Origin: Camelus ferus
Taxonomy: Eukaryota
Direction of reading: 5' to 3'
Assembly (NCBI RefSeq): GCF_009834535.1
Contig: NC_045697.1
Span: 33,172,001-33,236,000, forward strand
DNA length: 64,000 nt
This document shows, in pieces, positions 39,231 to 51,619 of this stretch. Position 1 is the stretch's first letter. Each line of letters begins with the position of its first letter. The position numbers and the translations under genes were made by a program. The notes beneath the pieces were generated by a model. The model was not told the DNA's origin. It did no database searches and worked only from the letters and a program-made list of their open reading frames with translations.

Positions 39231-40769
39231 AGTGAGTATCAGCATTCTCTTTTGACCAGTAGTGTGGGCATGGCCTCCCAGATGGGCAGAACCTTAGATA
39301 GCTTTCTGAGCAGGCGGCTCTGCACTGAGGCATTTGTGTAGTGGTGAGTATCGGAACTTTCATGCATGTGAAGGTGTTAATGCATATGTTTCTGCAGAGG
39401 CTTCCAGATGCCATTTTCTTAGAAATGACTTCTTATCAGGAAACAAAATGAAACAGAATAAAATTAATTGGCAGAGAGGGTGAGTTTCTCTTTACATTCA
39501 CTAGCAAATCTTGGCAGTCAATCATATATTGCTTGGACAAGTGTCTTCTGTTAAATGGAGACACTGACTACAAATATGGAGCTCTTCAATATATATGAAA
39601 AAATATATATGACTTTCCCCTAAATTCTACCACTATTACTAACAAATTTCTTTTTCTAAAACACTTACCTAGATATAAAATGTTGGGGAGTGGTGGCATA
39701 AATTATACAGACCACATCTTCCAGAGACTACCAAGGTACAAAACTTTATGAAAGAACAATGACCTTCTCAAATGTTTCTTCCCAGTGAGTTCAGCATCAT
39801 TACCCGGCATTTATTAGAGACCATACTATATATGGATGTTTTGGGGTTGATTTGTAATGCAAGGAGCCTCATGCATTCCATATCAAAGTTTATTGATCTA
39901 ATATAAGGTTGCCCGAGCAATTATTGCCACCTTCTTCACAGAATCCCAGGTGAGTTCATTATTTTATGATCTTCATCCATCACAAGAACTCTGGAAGTTA
40001 CCAAAGTGATAGTGTTACAGAGTTATGCAAATATTCTTTGAGAAAGATGTTTAATGGGTGAATCATGTACCTCAAGGGAACCACAAATGCTCTTAGCTTA
40101 TTAGTCATTTCTTTATGAGCAACTGTGTCTCTGTAACTTAAAAAAATGATTTTTATTGTGTATCAGAAATTTTTTCTCTTTATCCTGCAAGATGATATTA
40201 ATGAATGTAAAACACAAAATTAGATCATCATATTTGCATTTGCTCCCAGGTTTCCTTAACCTCCCTATATCTATGCAAATAAATCTTGAGAGTCTACTAA
40301 AAAAAATTCTCTAAGAATAAAAATGTTTTGATGACATCATTATATTTTAAAACAGCTTCCAAGGTGCAGCTAAATGAGTGAGTCCCATTATACATGAGCA
40401 CTTTGTTAAACTTTTATTAAAGAGGAAGTTGCAGCAAAGATTGTATCTTAATCAGGATCTTGAGCAAACCAGTAAAAACTTGGATATTTTATATATTGAA
40501 ACTATTCAATAAAGAATCTAGTACAATGTGTGGTTGTAAGAGCCTAATATACTATGATGTGACTGAGTTTTAACTTGAAGTATTTATCCTGATGTTTTCT
40601 GTATATCTCTTCTCAAAGGTATTTTCCCTCATCCCCTTTATATAGGTTTTAGATATTCACTTCATAAGCAATCACACAGACTATAACTGGACAGAAGTAC
40701 ATGTGTCCAAGCAAAATGGCCCAACTTCAGGAAATAATCAGTGTTGCATAATAACAGAGCTGGTGCTGA

Positions 40770-40965
40770 GGTCCCTTTCTTTACCCCTTCCTGGTTGTGT
40801 GACACTGGAAAGTTACTTAACTCCAGTGTGCTCCAGGCATCCTGCTGGTTAATGGGCACAATATTAGTACCTGCCTTATATATTTTATGATAATTAAATG
40901 AGTGGATTTATGGAAACGTCTTTGCATAGTGGCTGCCAAAGTAAATCTGGAGCAGTACATGTTAA
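40770..40965 (+). mobile_element. MIR SINE
   Basis: gttgtgtgacactggaaagttacttaac...tattagtacctgccttata...attaaatgag. Confidence 0.75.
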
Positions 40966-40974
40966 CTGTCATTG

Positions 40975-41470
40975 ATAAGAACTGTACGATGGAGAAAGGA
41001 AGAGAAAACGGGATAGCTTAAAAAGAAAATGAAGAAATGGATACATCTGGATCCTCGCAGACCACATGAGGAGGATAATGAAAGGGAAGACTCTCTCCAT
41101 CAAGGCTACCTGAGAGCAGAATGAGAAGGAGACTCAGGGCCAGTTGCTTGAGGAATTTATTACCAAACCAGAGCCTGGACATTTGTGGATTGCCAAACAT
41201 GTGATGATGAAGGCATCCCGAAACACTTCTGGCCATGTGTATGGTAACCTGGTAGAGGATCAAGGCATACTGGGTCAGCTTCACCCTGTGATCAAGGTCG
41301 GACTGGAAGTGAGCAGATAGAGATTTCTCTATGAGCATATGCTAGGTCAGCATTAGACACTTCACCTGTTACACATGGTTCTGATTTGCAGGGTCTGACA
41401 CAGATCTCCACTTTTTCATTGAATATCAACACATTTATACACAATAATAAATAAATAAGTAAATAAATAA
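40975..41470 (+). mobile_element. Unassigned retroposed segment, possibly an RTE-clade LINE 3' end
   Basis: Frameshifted peptides (LKKKMKKW / ADHMRR / LHQGYL / SRMRRRLRASCLRNL) loosely echo RTE ORF C-termini. Ends in a (TAAA)n tail. Confidence 0.3.
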
Positions 41471-41714
41471 ATTTTATCACAGTAGAAAGGGTCTAAAACC
41501 TATTACTAGTCTTTACAAAGCATTTTCACTAATTACAAGGATGATGATACTTTATTTTAATATAAAACATTGACCATTTATGCAGTTCTGTCACTTGAGA
41601 GTAGAAGCAAGACCTGTCTTTTACTACTGATGTCTCCTCTGCATTCAAAATAGAAAACCCATACTTACATTATCAGTCTGTTTAGCAACTCTCCAGAAAG
41701 TTGATTGGAAACTG

Positions 41715-42240
41715 AGAAAGCTTGGAAGCTCCATGCCCTTTCCTCATACCTTGCCCTACAAATCTCTTCCATCTGGCTGTTCCTGAGTTATATTCTTTCA
41801 TAATAAACTAATTATCTAGTAAGTAAAATGTTTCTCTGAGTCCTATGAGCTGTCCTAGCAAATTAATCAAACCTGAGGACAGAGTTTTGGGAATCTCTGA
41901 TTTATAGCCAGTTGGTCAGAGCATATGTAAAGCCTAGACTCGTGAATGACTTCTGAAGTCCCAGGTGGGGGTCATTGGAAATGCCTATCTATAGCTGGTC
42001 TGTCAAAAGTATAGGTGACAACCAGAGCTTATGGTTGGTACTTGAAGTGGGGGGTGGGCGCTGTAAGGAGGGGAGGTCTTATAAGACTGAACCCTTAACC
42101 TGTGGAATCTAAAACTATCTCTGGGTAGTGTCAGAATTGAGTTGAATTGCAGGACAGCTGGCTAGTGTACCAAGCATTGTTTAGGATGTGTGTGGGGAAA
42201 CCCCCCACTGCCTAACACACACTTTGGAACTGGTGCCAAA
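41715..42240 (+). mobile_element. MER21-family LTR (3' part)
   Basis: ggaagctccatgccctttcctcataccttgccct...atctcttccatctggctgttcctgagtt...ctgatttatagccagttggtcaga. Confidence 0.85.
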
Positions 42241-44714
42241 GCACCCAATTTAGTAAGAAATCAGAACAACAGAATATGCTAAATTGAATATTAAACTAAA
42301 TTAAGCTTACTTTGCCTGACGCAACCATCTGACAATAGACATGATTTTGCCCATACTCAGGGACAAGGATATTCTTCAGTGTTTGCTAAGTCTCTCTCTT
42401 TTGGGGTAGAGTTAGGATGGGTACTGCAGATGTTTCCTTCTAAGGATCTACTTTGGTTAGACTTTCGTGAATAACCAACAACACTTCTATTTAAATTTAC
42501 TATTTAGAAATGTTAAAACTTGTAATCAATTTCTGTCCATATGACCTGGAAGATATCTTGCCCTTTAAATATGACATTGAAACTTCTTGTTTGACTCTAG
42601 GGTTTAGTTCTCAGAAAATGTAATTCTTTGATTTCCAGTATCAAAGAGGTGGGGGTGCATATCTATTGAGCCTCTAAAGTTTTTATTTGATGCAAAAAAA
42701 TCTGGACCTAAAATATAATATTAAGTCAGAAAGTCATCTGATTAGTAAAATGCCTTTCAGGATGCCAGATGTGAGTTTACCATGGAGTTCTCAGAATAGC
42801 CAAAGAGTAGTAATTGCAATCGCATAAAAAGTGAAAACACATGCAGCTGTGATCGGCTTGCTCAGAAGCTCAACAAGACAAATCTCATTTTTCTTGACTT
42901 TCAGTCTGTCATTGTTACACCACAAATAACTTCTCTGTCTCTGTACGATAGCTTTAAATATGCATACCCATTCATCCCATTATTCTTAACCTACGTGAAC
43001 AGCTGGATTCATTACATACACAGAACATTCTTTTTTCTCTACTGAGAATGAGATGAGAGAATAATTTAAAACGCTTACAATCATATTTGAATGAAACGGC
43101 AAATAAGCAAGATGCGGGTGCCTTTCTGGGCCTTCTGTTCCAGCAGCTACTTGTCTCCTGGTAGACAGAATGCTGTGGGCTTCTTAATGAAGCCCAAGAG
43201 TTCTGTTTTCCTTGCCCTATAATTTTCTGGACAGAGTGAGCTGTTGTCCCTGCCAAGAAAGAACTACACACTTCATTATCTTTTCAATAGACCTGAAAAT
43301 TATTTGTTTAAAAATCTTTCCCACTGTCACATTTAAAGGTGTTTGCAAAGGTGATTGTTATAGATTTCCCTATAATTAGAATTTCAGAATCGCCTCACGT
43401 TCATTCTCTCCTATATTTCAATAAGAAACTGAAGTTTAAAAATTACCTGCCTCCCATGGCTTGGTTTCTTTCCTAAGAGTTGTCCCTTCTTAGTTCATCA
43501 ATATTTTGCTTCACAAACTGCTCCCTTCTCATGCATTCATTATTCCCTTTTATTCTCTTGAGAGCACTTCACAATGAATCTTCTCAGGGACAGATTGCAC
43601 CATGCCCTTAATTTCTCTCTTCACTACCCACAAAATCATCACATAACAGCAATGGAAATTTATCTAGTATGTACAGCATTTCATTTCTGATGTCTTTTTT
43701 AGCTTGAAGAATGCTATCATTCTGGGACCCTTTTTTGGCCACTTTTGCCCAATGTACATTTCTAAGGCATTTCATAACTCAATTCTCCAAACATTTCTAC
43801 ATTTTCAATAGTTTTATAGAGCGTCAGTTGTGGTCTGTATGCAGGCTGTTTTGCATTTTTTAAAGAACTCTAGCTGAGAGTTCTCAATCCCCTCTTTATT
43901 TTAGATCTACTTAATTGCTAATGAGCAAAACCAATGTGAAATACTGTTGATTTCTGACATTATCATATTTTAATATCCAGTCCATTAGTTTCTTCTCACC
44001 AAATAGATTGCATTGCCCATGTTTATCATCCTTTCCTAGTCTTTCCAAAATGTGGCAGATAAAATTTCTTGTCCCTGCCTTAAAGAATTGACATACATCA
44101 TCTCAAATCACTTTCTTTTTCATACCAGTTTATGTGGAAGAGCTCAGAAGGTAGTGCCAAACCCACCTACCTGCATTGGGAGTAGCAGGAAGGCATCAGG
44201 AACTAAGTAGAGATCTAAGTAGCAGATCTTTTTCTGCTGCTTACTAGCTATTTAATTAAAAAAAAAAAAAAAAAGACCTGTTTGCATGTAATTGTGATTT
44301 TTTAACACTGCGGTTTATTTTCAGATGATTGTATGTATACCCTATGAGAAATCAGTGCTTTGTTGAGAGTTTGGTGGAATAGTTCTCAACATTCACTCCA
44401 CCGTACTCTGAGGGAGCCAGGTTGGCATCTTCGTTTTTCAGACTCTTACGCAGCTAATCTAGATTTGATTTAGATTCAACCAAACAGATAAACTTACAGA
44501 AGAATTGAAAAGTGAAAACCAAAACATCAAGGGCACCTCTTGCTTCTGCTGTTTATTCTAGTGAAGCACAGTCTAGGAGATTTGGGGGTTTTTTAATAGT
44601 AATACTAGCAGTAGTCCCACTCTTCTGTCTCCATAGACCCTGAAAGGAGGCATCAGATATTTTCCTGATAATGATAAAGATAATGATAATTACTAATAAT
44701 GACAGTTACATAGC

Positions 44715-45110
44715 TGATTGTGGCAGTGGTGTTAGTTTTGGCATCTGTGGCTCCCTGATTCTAGGGGAGGTAACACCTCCCTTGGTAGCTGTTTTGCAGC
44801 ACATCTTTGAGAGACTTTCCTAACCTAGAGCTTCCTTCTGCAGTCTTCCAATGAGTCTCTGTGCAATTCATATGCTACAAGAAATACATTCTTGGCTTTT
44901 TTTGGTATACATCTTAACAATGATTGATGAAATAACTGGTGACAAGAGTGCTTGAAAGTAATAGATTCTTAACGAAATGAGAATTTGGAGTTGATTAGGT
45001 GCCTTGGCTCAGTTTTAAGTTGCCAATTTTCCTACTAACATGAGCTGGGCTATGGGTAGTCTATGACATGCAATGTTAAATGGGTTACTTGAATTATGAG
45101 AGATAGTGAA
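44715..45110 (+). mobile_element. Old ERVL-class LTR plus start of internal region
   Basis: Degenerate LTR 3' motifs (tcttccaatgagtctctgtgcaa) followed by a PBS-like tggtgacaagagtg. Confidence 0.4.
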
Positions 45111-45111
45111 T

Positions 45112-45368
45112 GAGATTGGTTGAAATCATAGACTTTAGAGATTTATGACTTGTTTGAATTCAGGTTCTACCATATAATATCTGTGTGGTCTTTGGCAGGT
45201 TATTATTTATCTGTCTCACTTTCCTCATCTGTATTATAGTCCTAACTTATAGCTTTGTTATGAAGATAAATATATATATTTAAAGTGCCTAGAAAGATGT
45301 CTGGCAGGGAGTGCATTTTTATTATTTGTAAGTTTCATCATTACTATTATTATTGTAATAATTGTTAT
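45112..45368 (+). mobile_element. MIR SINE
   Basis: ctgtgtggtctttggcaggttatt...ctgtctcactttcctcatctgta. Confidence 0.8.
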
Positions 45369-45380
45369 TAGTCAAAAACT

Positions 45381-45868
45381 ATGAAGTCTAGGATTTTACC
45401 CTACAAGCTAATAAGTTAGCCAGCCACAGTTTTCTGAATACTGGCAGGAGACATGAAATTCCTGGGTCAGAGACAAAAGACAGTTTTTCACTCAAAATTG
45501 TAGTAATAGCCAGCATATCATCATGTTTGGATACATTTCCTGAGCCCCAATTCCTACAGAGCAACAAAAAGAGATTCAAGAGACACCTGCACACACAATA
45601 GGTTTCATTTTAAGAGAGGAACTTCAAGTTTAGGGAATGTCAATCTTTTGTAATGGGCAATAAACCTGCATGATTTTGCCCCAAAGAAAGACATTATTTA
45701 TCATATCAGACTGTAAACAACTTGACTTTGCAACTGTCTTTATCTGCCAAGGTGGTTTGTTATGCAAACATATTTGTAAAGATAGTCTGTGACAAAGGCA
45801 GCCATTGCCTTTGCTGACAAAAGGTGCAGAAATGAAATGTAAGGGACTCATGGAGAATTGTTTCACAA
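45381..45868 (-). mobile_element. MER54/MER74-family ERVL LTR
   Basis: Minus strand begins tgtgaaacaattctccatgagtc...tttctgcacc...ctgcctttgtcacagactatcttt. Internal cctgggtcagagacaaaagac. Confidence 0.75.
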
Positions 45869-47329
45869 AGATATGCCTCTTGAGCTACAAATTCTTGGCT
45901 TCTGTTGATTTTTCCTGTGAGTCTGTGCCACTTTATTTATTCTCCTAATAAATCTGGCTGATAAAGGATTGGATTATATCTGATCAGTTTGTCTCACACA
46001 GCTTTTGACTAGGGCTATCATCAACCCTACTCCAAGAAGCAGGGCAAAGCAAACCTGCAGTCCTGAAAACAACCGTGGTCTCCCAGGTCCTCAAACCCAA
46101 CCAGCTGAACAAATCCCATAAACCACTGAGGCCTACCTTTAAGAAGCCTAGGAAATTTTCTCTAAGTTTTTGTGCTAACATTTCCCTTTGTCCTGAGCCA
46201 TTAATCTATGTAGAATGGAATGTATTAACAATTGCACAGAGTCTGGCCTGGCCCTCAAGGAGGAAAATATAGGACTGTTACATCATCCTTAACAGCCCAG
46301 GCCAGTGAGTTGAGGATGACCTGAATGTCTTTATTGGTCAAGGTAATGTCATTGATCATTTCAGGTAAAGTCAGGAAACACACTTCCTACCACCATTTCT
46401 AATTAAATGACTCCCATTATAAGGATAAACTGCCCTCAGGACAGATATAAATAATGAGTCAGTTATCTCTCCAAGAAGCCCCTCTGAACAATCAAGGATA
46501 ACCTCATTTTGGAAAAAGCTTTATAATCTGAGGGCTAAATGATCTACTGACAATGTTTCCTTAAATACTTGAAGGCCTCTAAAGTACAATTCACCATGTT
46601 TTTTGGAGGAAAGCAAGTTAGTGCCTGGTATCCATAGAAGAATTATAGTCCTGGAGCATACTTGGTTCTCTTGGAAAGAAAGTGTTATTTGTAATTGTCA
46701 GGGCCCTCCAACTGGGACCTATATAAGTTGAGAGGCATGACTTGATAGTGCTTCCAATATGGCTGAGAACAACAACAACAACAACAAAAAAGTGAAACGG
46801 TTAGAAAAGGAGGAAGGTTATAATCATCTTGAAGCATAGTTTCATCATTAGTTGGAAAACAATAGAAGTATTTACTCATGATTTTTTTCTTACCCTGTTG
46901 TATATAGATTTTTTTCTTCTTTTCTCTCTTCCTTTTGCCCATATCTCACATAGCCTATGGTTGTAGAGCTAGGCTTTATATCATTATAGAATGTCAACAC
47001 AGAAGTGACTGTACTAATGAATACTGAGACTGAATGCTTCCCAGAGACTGAATGCTTTTTTTCTTTTTTCCTTTAGGAGAGCTGTTGAAAATATTTCTGC
47101 TGTTCAATGATGGTTTCATTATGTATGATATTAGCTTATTGTTTTCTCTATTGTGTTTTATTTTTTTTTAAATAAATTTAAGTGTGGAAAGAAGGCTATT
47201 TATGGAAACAGAGCAGTCAAATGGTAAACTGACAGTAGGATGACTTCTTATATTTTGGACGTTTGAAGGATAAATGTTATATAGCTCAAGTTATGGCGAT
47301 TCATGTTTGACCAATCAGGTGCAATTCTG

Positions 47330-47815
47330 TCAGATCTAAAAGACAGGTGCAATCTGAAGACTGTGCTTCTATTGTTTCAGCTGTTTCTGCTGGTAAGCAG
47401 AGTGCTAACGTGGTTGATTTTACTGTGGCAGCAATAGCAGACATCCCAGTCAGTCACTAACCTCATAGATGCTAAGAGGCAGGACTCAGCATGAATTTTC
47501 TGGTAAAGACCATATGTAGCACAATGTGTTTCTGGACCAAGCAACATCATACTAGTTTCCTGCCTGGGGGTCTTCTTGATTGTAGTTATGGTCTTAACAG
47601 ATTTTGGGCCAGTGATTTTTCATCATAGGAGAGGTAATAGCCTTGCTGGCCTGGTCCTACAGTGAAGATATTGAGAATTTTCCTGTAAATTCATCCCATA
47701 TTCTATTTTATTAACCTTACCACAATTCTGTAAGCTGTTTTTTAAAACTCTGTAACAAACAGTTTCCTGCTTAAAATAGTGGGGCTGTTTTCTTCAACTG
47801 AAATCTGATTAATAT
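47330..47815 (+). mobile_element. Old ERVL-class LTR relic
   Basis: 3' end motif ctgtaagc...ttcctgcttaaaatag...caactgaaatctgattaata. Confidence 0.4.
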
Positions 47816-48751
47816 AGTATATTTACTCCATAAAATAATTATGTATATTTTTATTTATGAATAAGACACCTTTAATGCCCTGTAAACTATTAGCACAGCT
47901 CATACAAGATGAATACCCTTCATGTTCCTGTATATTTTCTTCTAAAATTATCTGCAGTAATTCTAATTCCTTTTAAAATCAAAATCAATCCATTTAAATT
48001 TTATTACTTTGAGTAATCATCCATTTCAGGCACTGGATTTTTAAAATAGTTTCATGCTTCAGAAATGGGCACAATGTTTATAGAGATACTTGCAGTTTTT
48101 CCATGAGTAGTTAATTACAATTTTTTTTTAATAACAAATACTATCACAATGACCACAACTGCATCCTGATGTGTGCAATCTTAAGATGCTTTCTAGGCAC
48201 TTATCTCTGTAATTAGTTGATTCTTTTTTGTTATTCAATTGAGTAATAGAAGGCACAACTATCACAGACAATGATAGAAGATTGAATGTTGCTGCATCAT
48301 CAAGATGAAGTCCTTGCCCTTTAAGCTTTAAGTAGAATCTGGCTGAAGTCAACTTCCAGAATTTCTTTTGAAAGACTTATTCAGTCAAGAAATCTGTTAA
48401 TATTTATTGAACATTTATTACATTCAGATAACTGAAGTCTGCAATAGAGAGCATAGGAAAAGCAATGCCAAAACGTCGTTTTTAAACAGTGACATTCACT
48501 TGCCCATGCTGTTTTATATAACTGAGGCTACATGCAAAAAATTAATCAAACAAAATCCTCAGGGAAAAGATCTGAGGGCATCCACTTGACTGTTGCTATG
48601 GGTTCCTTCCCTAGTTCTCTGCTTCAGATCCTGGAGTTTGATCCTGGAGGTTCCTGGTGGGCTAACACATGATTTTTGTAAAATCTTAGTAAACATGTAA
48701 ATAATTTACATTCATTCTTTTCAAGGCAAGAGAATTATAGAATCATTGTGT

Positions 48752-49648
48752 ATTTTTCTTTATTGACATATAGTTGATTTACAATATTGTCTTAGTTTCA
48801 GGTGTATGGCAAAGTAATTCAGATACATGTATATATATAAGAATAGATATGTATTTTTTCTTATTCTTTTCCATTATAGGTTGTTACTAGATATTGAATA
48901 TACTTCCCTGTGCTATACAGTAGGTCCTTGTTGTTTATCTGTTTTATATATAATAGTGAGTATCTGTTAATCTCATACTCCCAGTTTAACCTTCCCCCAG
49001 CTTTGGGAACCATATGCTTGTTTTCTATGTCTGTAACTTTGTTTCTGTTTTGTAAATAAGTTCACTTGTACGATTTTTTAAATTCCACATTTTAGTAATA
49101 TCACATTTGCCTTTCTCTGTCTGACTTCACTTAGTATGATAATCTCCAGGTCCAGCCATGTTGCTGCAAATGTCATTATTTCATTCTTTTAATGGCTAAG
49201 TAATATTCGATTGTATACATATACCACATTCTCTTTGTCCATTCATCTGTCAATGGACACTTAGGTTGCTTCTATCATCTTGGCTATTGTAAATAGTGCT
49301 GCTATTAACATTGGGGTACATGTATCTTTTCAAATTAGAGTTTTCATCTTTTCTGGATAGATGCTCAGGGATGGGATTACTGGATCATATAGTAACCCTA
49401 TTTTTGTTTTTTTTCCATACTGTTTTCCATAGTGGATGCATCAATTTACATTCCCATTAACAGTGCAAGGTATTCGCTTTTCTCCACACCCTCTCCAGCA
49501 TTTATTATTTATAGACTTTTTGATGGTGGCCACTCTGATCAGTGTGAGGTGATAACTCATTGTAGTTTTGATTTGCATTTCCCTAATAATTAGCCATGTT
49601 GAGGACTTTTTCATGTGCCTGTTGACCATCTGTATGTCTTCTTTGGAG
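48752..49648 (-). mobile_element. 5'-truncated L1 (ORF2 C-terminus + 3' UTR), cetartiodactyl type
   Basis: ORF 49441-49683 encodes [14 protein letters not shown]...CWRGCGEK, followed by a typical 3' UTR. TSD-like cattgtgta(t/a)ttt at 48744 and 49657. Confidence 0.92.
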
Positions 49649-49749
49649 ACTAGTACCATTGTGTAATTTAATGGAAAGACCATGACATTTGAAAAATTAC
49701 AAATGTGATTTTAGGCAAATTATTTAGCCTTAGCCCCCCAAAAATTATC

Positions 49750-49980
49750 TAGAAAGCAACATAGAGAATTAAAGACATGGAAAACATAAAAGAGAGGGTA
49801 AGGAACATGGAGGATAGAGTGGAAATATCTAACATATATATAATGGGCACTCCAGAGAGAGGGGAAATTAAATAGAGGAGAAAGAATGTCATTTAAAGCA
49901 ATAATAACTGAAAAACTAATAAAAGAAACAACACACAGGTTCAACAATTCTCACTGAAATCCAATCAAAAGCTTTGAAAA
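49750..49980 (+). mobile_element. Ancient L1 ORF1 fragment
   Basis: ggaaaacataaaagagagggtaaggaacatggaggatagagtg...tctaacatat. Confidence 0.65.
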
Positions 49981-51281
49981 AGATGAGTATAATCTCTGCC
50001 AGTAAAAATATTATGGACTAATGGAGAAAACAAATATTGAGTAATTGTGGGCAACATAGGAGCCCAGTGATGAGCACAGGGGCATGCAGTCAGACACAGG
50101 TTTTTCACAAAGGTTATTTGGAGCTTCATGCAGTGTCCAGGTCAGTGGAAAGGGTGTGCAAATAGTACTAGCTTCCCTATAGAAAAAACAGACATCCAAT
50201 AGGACTTCTCTCCTCCAATATAATTAATGCCTTTTGTGGGATAGCTGAGAGAGGCAAACAAGAAATGATGTGGAGACTAACTTTGCCCAATATAGGTTAT
50301 CAAGTGTTATCAAAGTTTGTCTATGCTTTGCTCAAATCAAATAATAAATTATAAATTATTGTTTAATGTTTCAGTTCTATTGTTACTGTAATATTATCTA
50401 TAATTCCAAATTTAAAGTAGTGAGGTTCAATATTATAGAAATTACAATAATGAAGCTCTAATAACACATCATTAATAGCGACATCCTATATAAATAGAAC
50501 ATTCTTTTGAGCAGAAAGTGAAATTATGAAATCATTCTTTCAGAAATTAGTATTGTACTATCTTGAAATATGCTAATCAAATCAAGTTAAACTTATATTA
50601 AATAAGTAGAATATGATCACTATTCCTGCATTAAACTTTCTTATATGGTATAAAAAGTACCCTAATTATAACATTTGAAGAAAGAAGCAGTAATATATCA
50701 AACCCATATTTAGCTATAAAATTTATATTGAGTGTAAATGACAAGTCCTAATTTTTGAAAACAGAAGTTTTCAAATCTTGATTGCTACTTCTCTTTACTC
50801 AAATTCCAAAACTAATTATTTAATCACTGTCTTCTGCTAATCTCTAAAATAAAAAATATGTTCTCCTTTCATAACTTTATTTCATGTTATCTATTTTACC
50901 CAATATTACTGTTACCCATACTCATTATGAGCATAATGGTAATGAAGACAGGAAGATACTCTACTTCTATTCTGGTCATCAATAGGAACTTCATTCCCAT
51001 CATTTACAACAAATGTTCCAGTTCCACTCCAGTTCTGCCCATCTCTTCACCCTCTTGTTTTGGTCTTGTTCTTGCAGTTTGAATCTGTTGATTGTAATTG
51101 TCCTGGAATATTATTTGCTGGAATAATTTCTGTTTGACATTAATCTTCAGTCTCTTCCCAGTCATGGATCACTTTGGTTAGGAAACAGAGAAAGTAAAAC
51201 CTCTAACTCCATAGGAAGTTCTTTGAAACATCAGTTTCTCCTTTACTGAATCTGTTACAACAAAGGTGACATGAAAATTTT

Positions 51282-51619
51282 GTCTTACATATGGAATCTT
51301 AAAAAAATAAAATGCAGTTTATAAGGCTGAACTCATAGTAATAGAGAATAGGATTGGTGTTACCAAAGATTGGGGCATGGTGGAAAAGGGGAGATAAAAC
51401 AAATAGAGTGATGGTTGCCAGAGGCTGGGAGGAGGGGGTCATGGGGAGTTATTGTTTAATGGGGGCAGAATTTCAGTTTTGCAAGAGGAAAGGAGTTTTG
51501 GAGATGGATGGTGGTGATAATTGCACAACAATATGAATATACTTAATACCACTCAACTGTATACTTAAAAATGGTTAAGATAATAAATTTTGTCATGTAT
51601 ATTTTATTGCAATAAAAAA
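51282..51619 (+). mobile_element. L1MB-type 3' end (with a second short L1 3' UTR piece upstream)
   Basis: tggttgccagaggctgggaggagggg...gagatggatggtggtgataattgcacaacaatatgaatatacttaataccact...aataaaaaa. Confidence 0.9.

Noticed and set aside
38992..39414. 140-aa Pro/Ser/Leu-rich ORF
   Set aside because: Largely overlaps a purine-rich L2 relic, which explains the composition. No recognisable homology or splice context.
45990..46950. Possible ERV internal (gag-like) relic
   Set aside because: It lies among LTR fragments, but I could not recover a convincing retroviral peptide or name a family. Needs a Dfam search.
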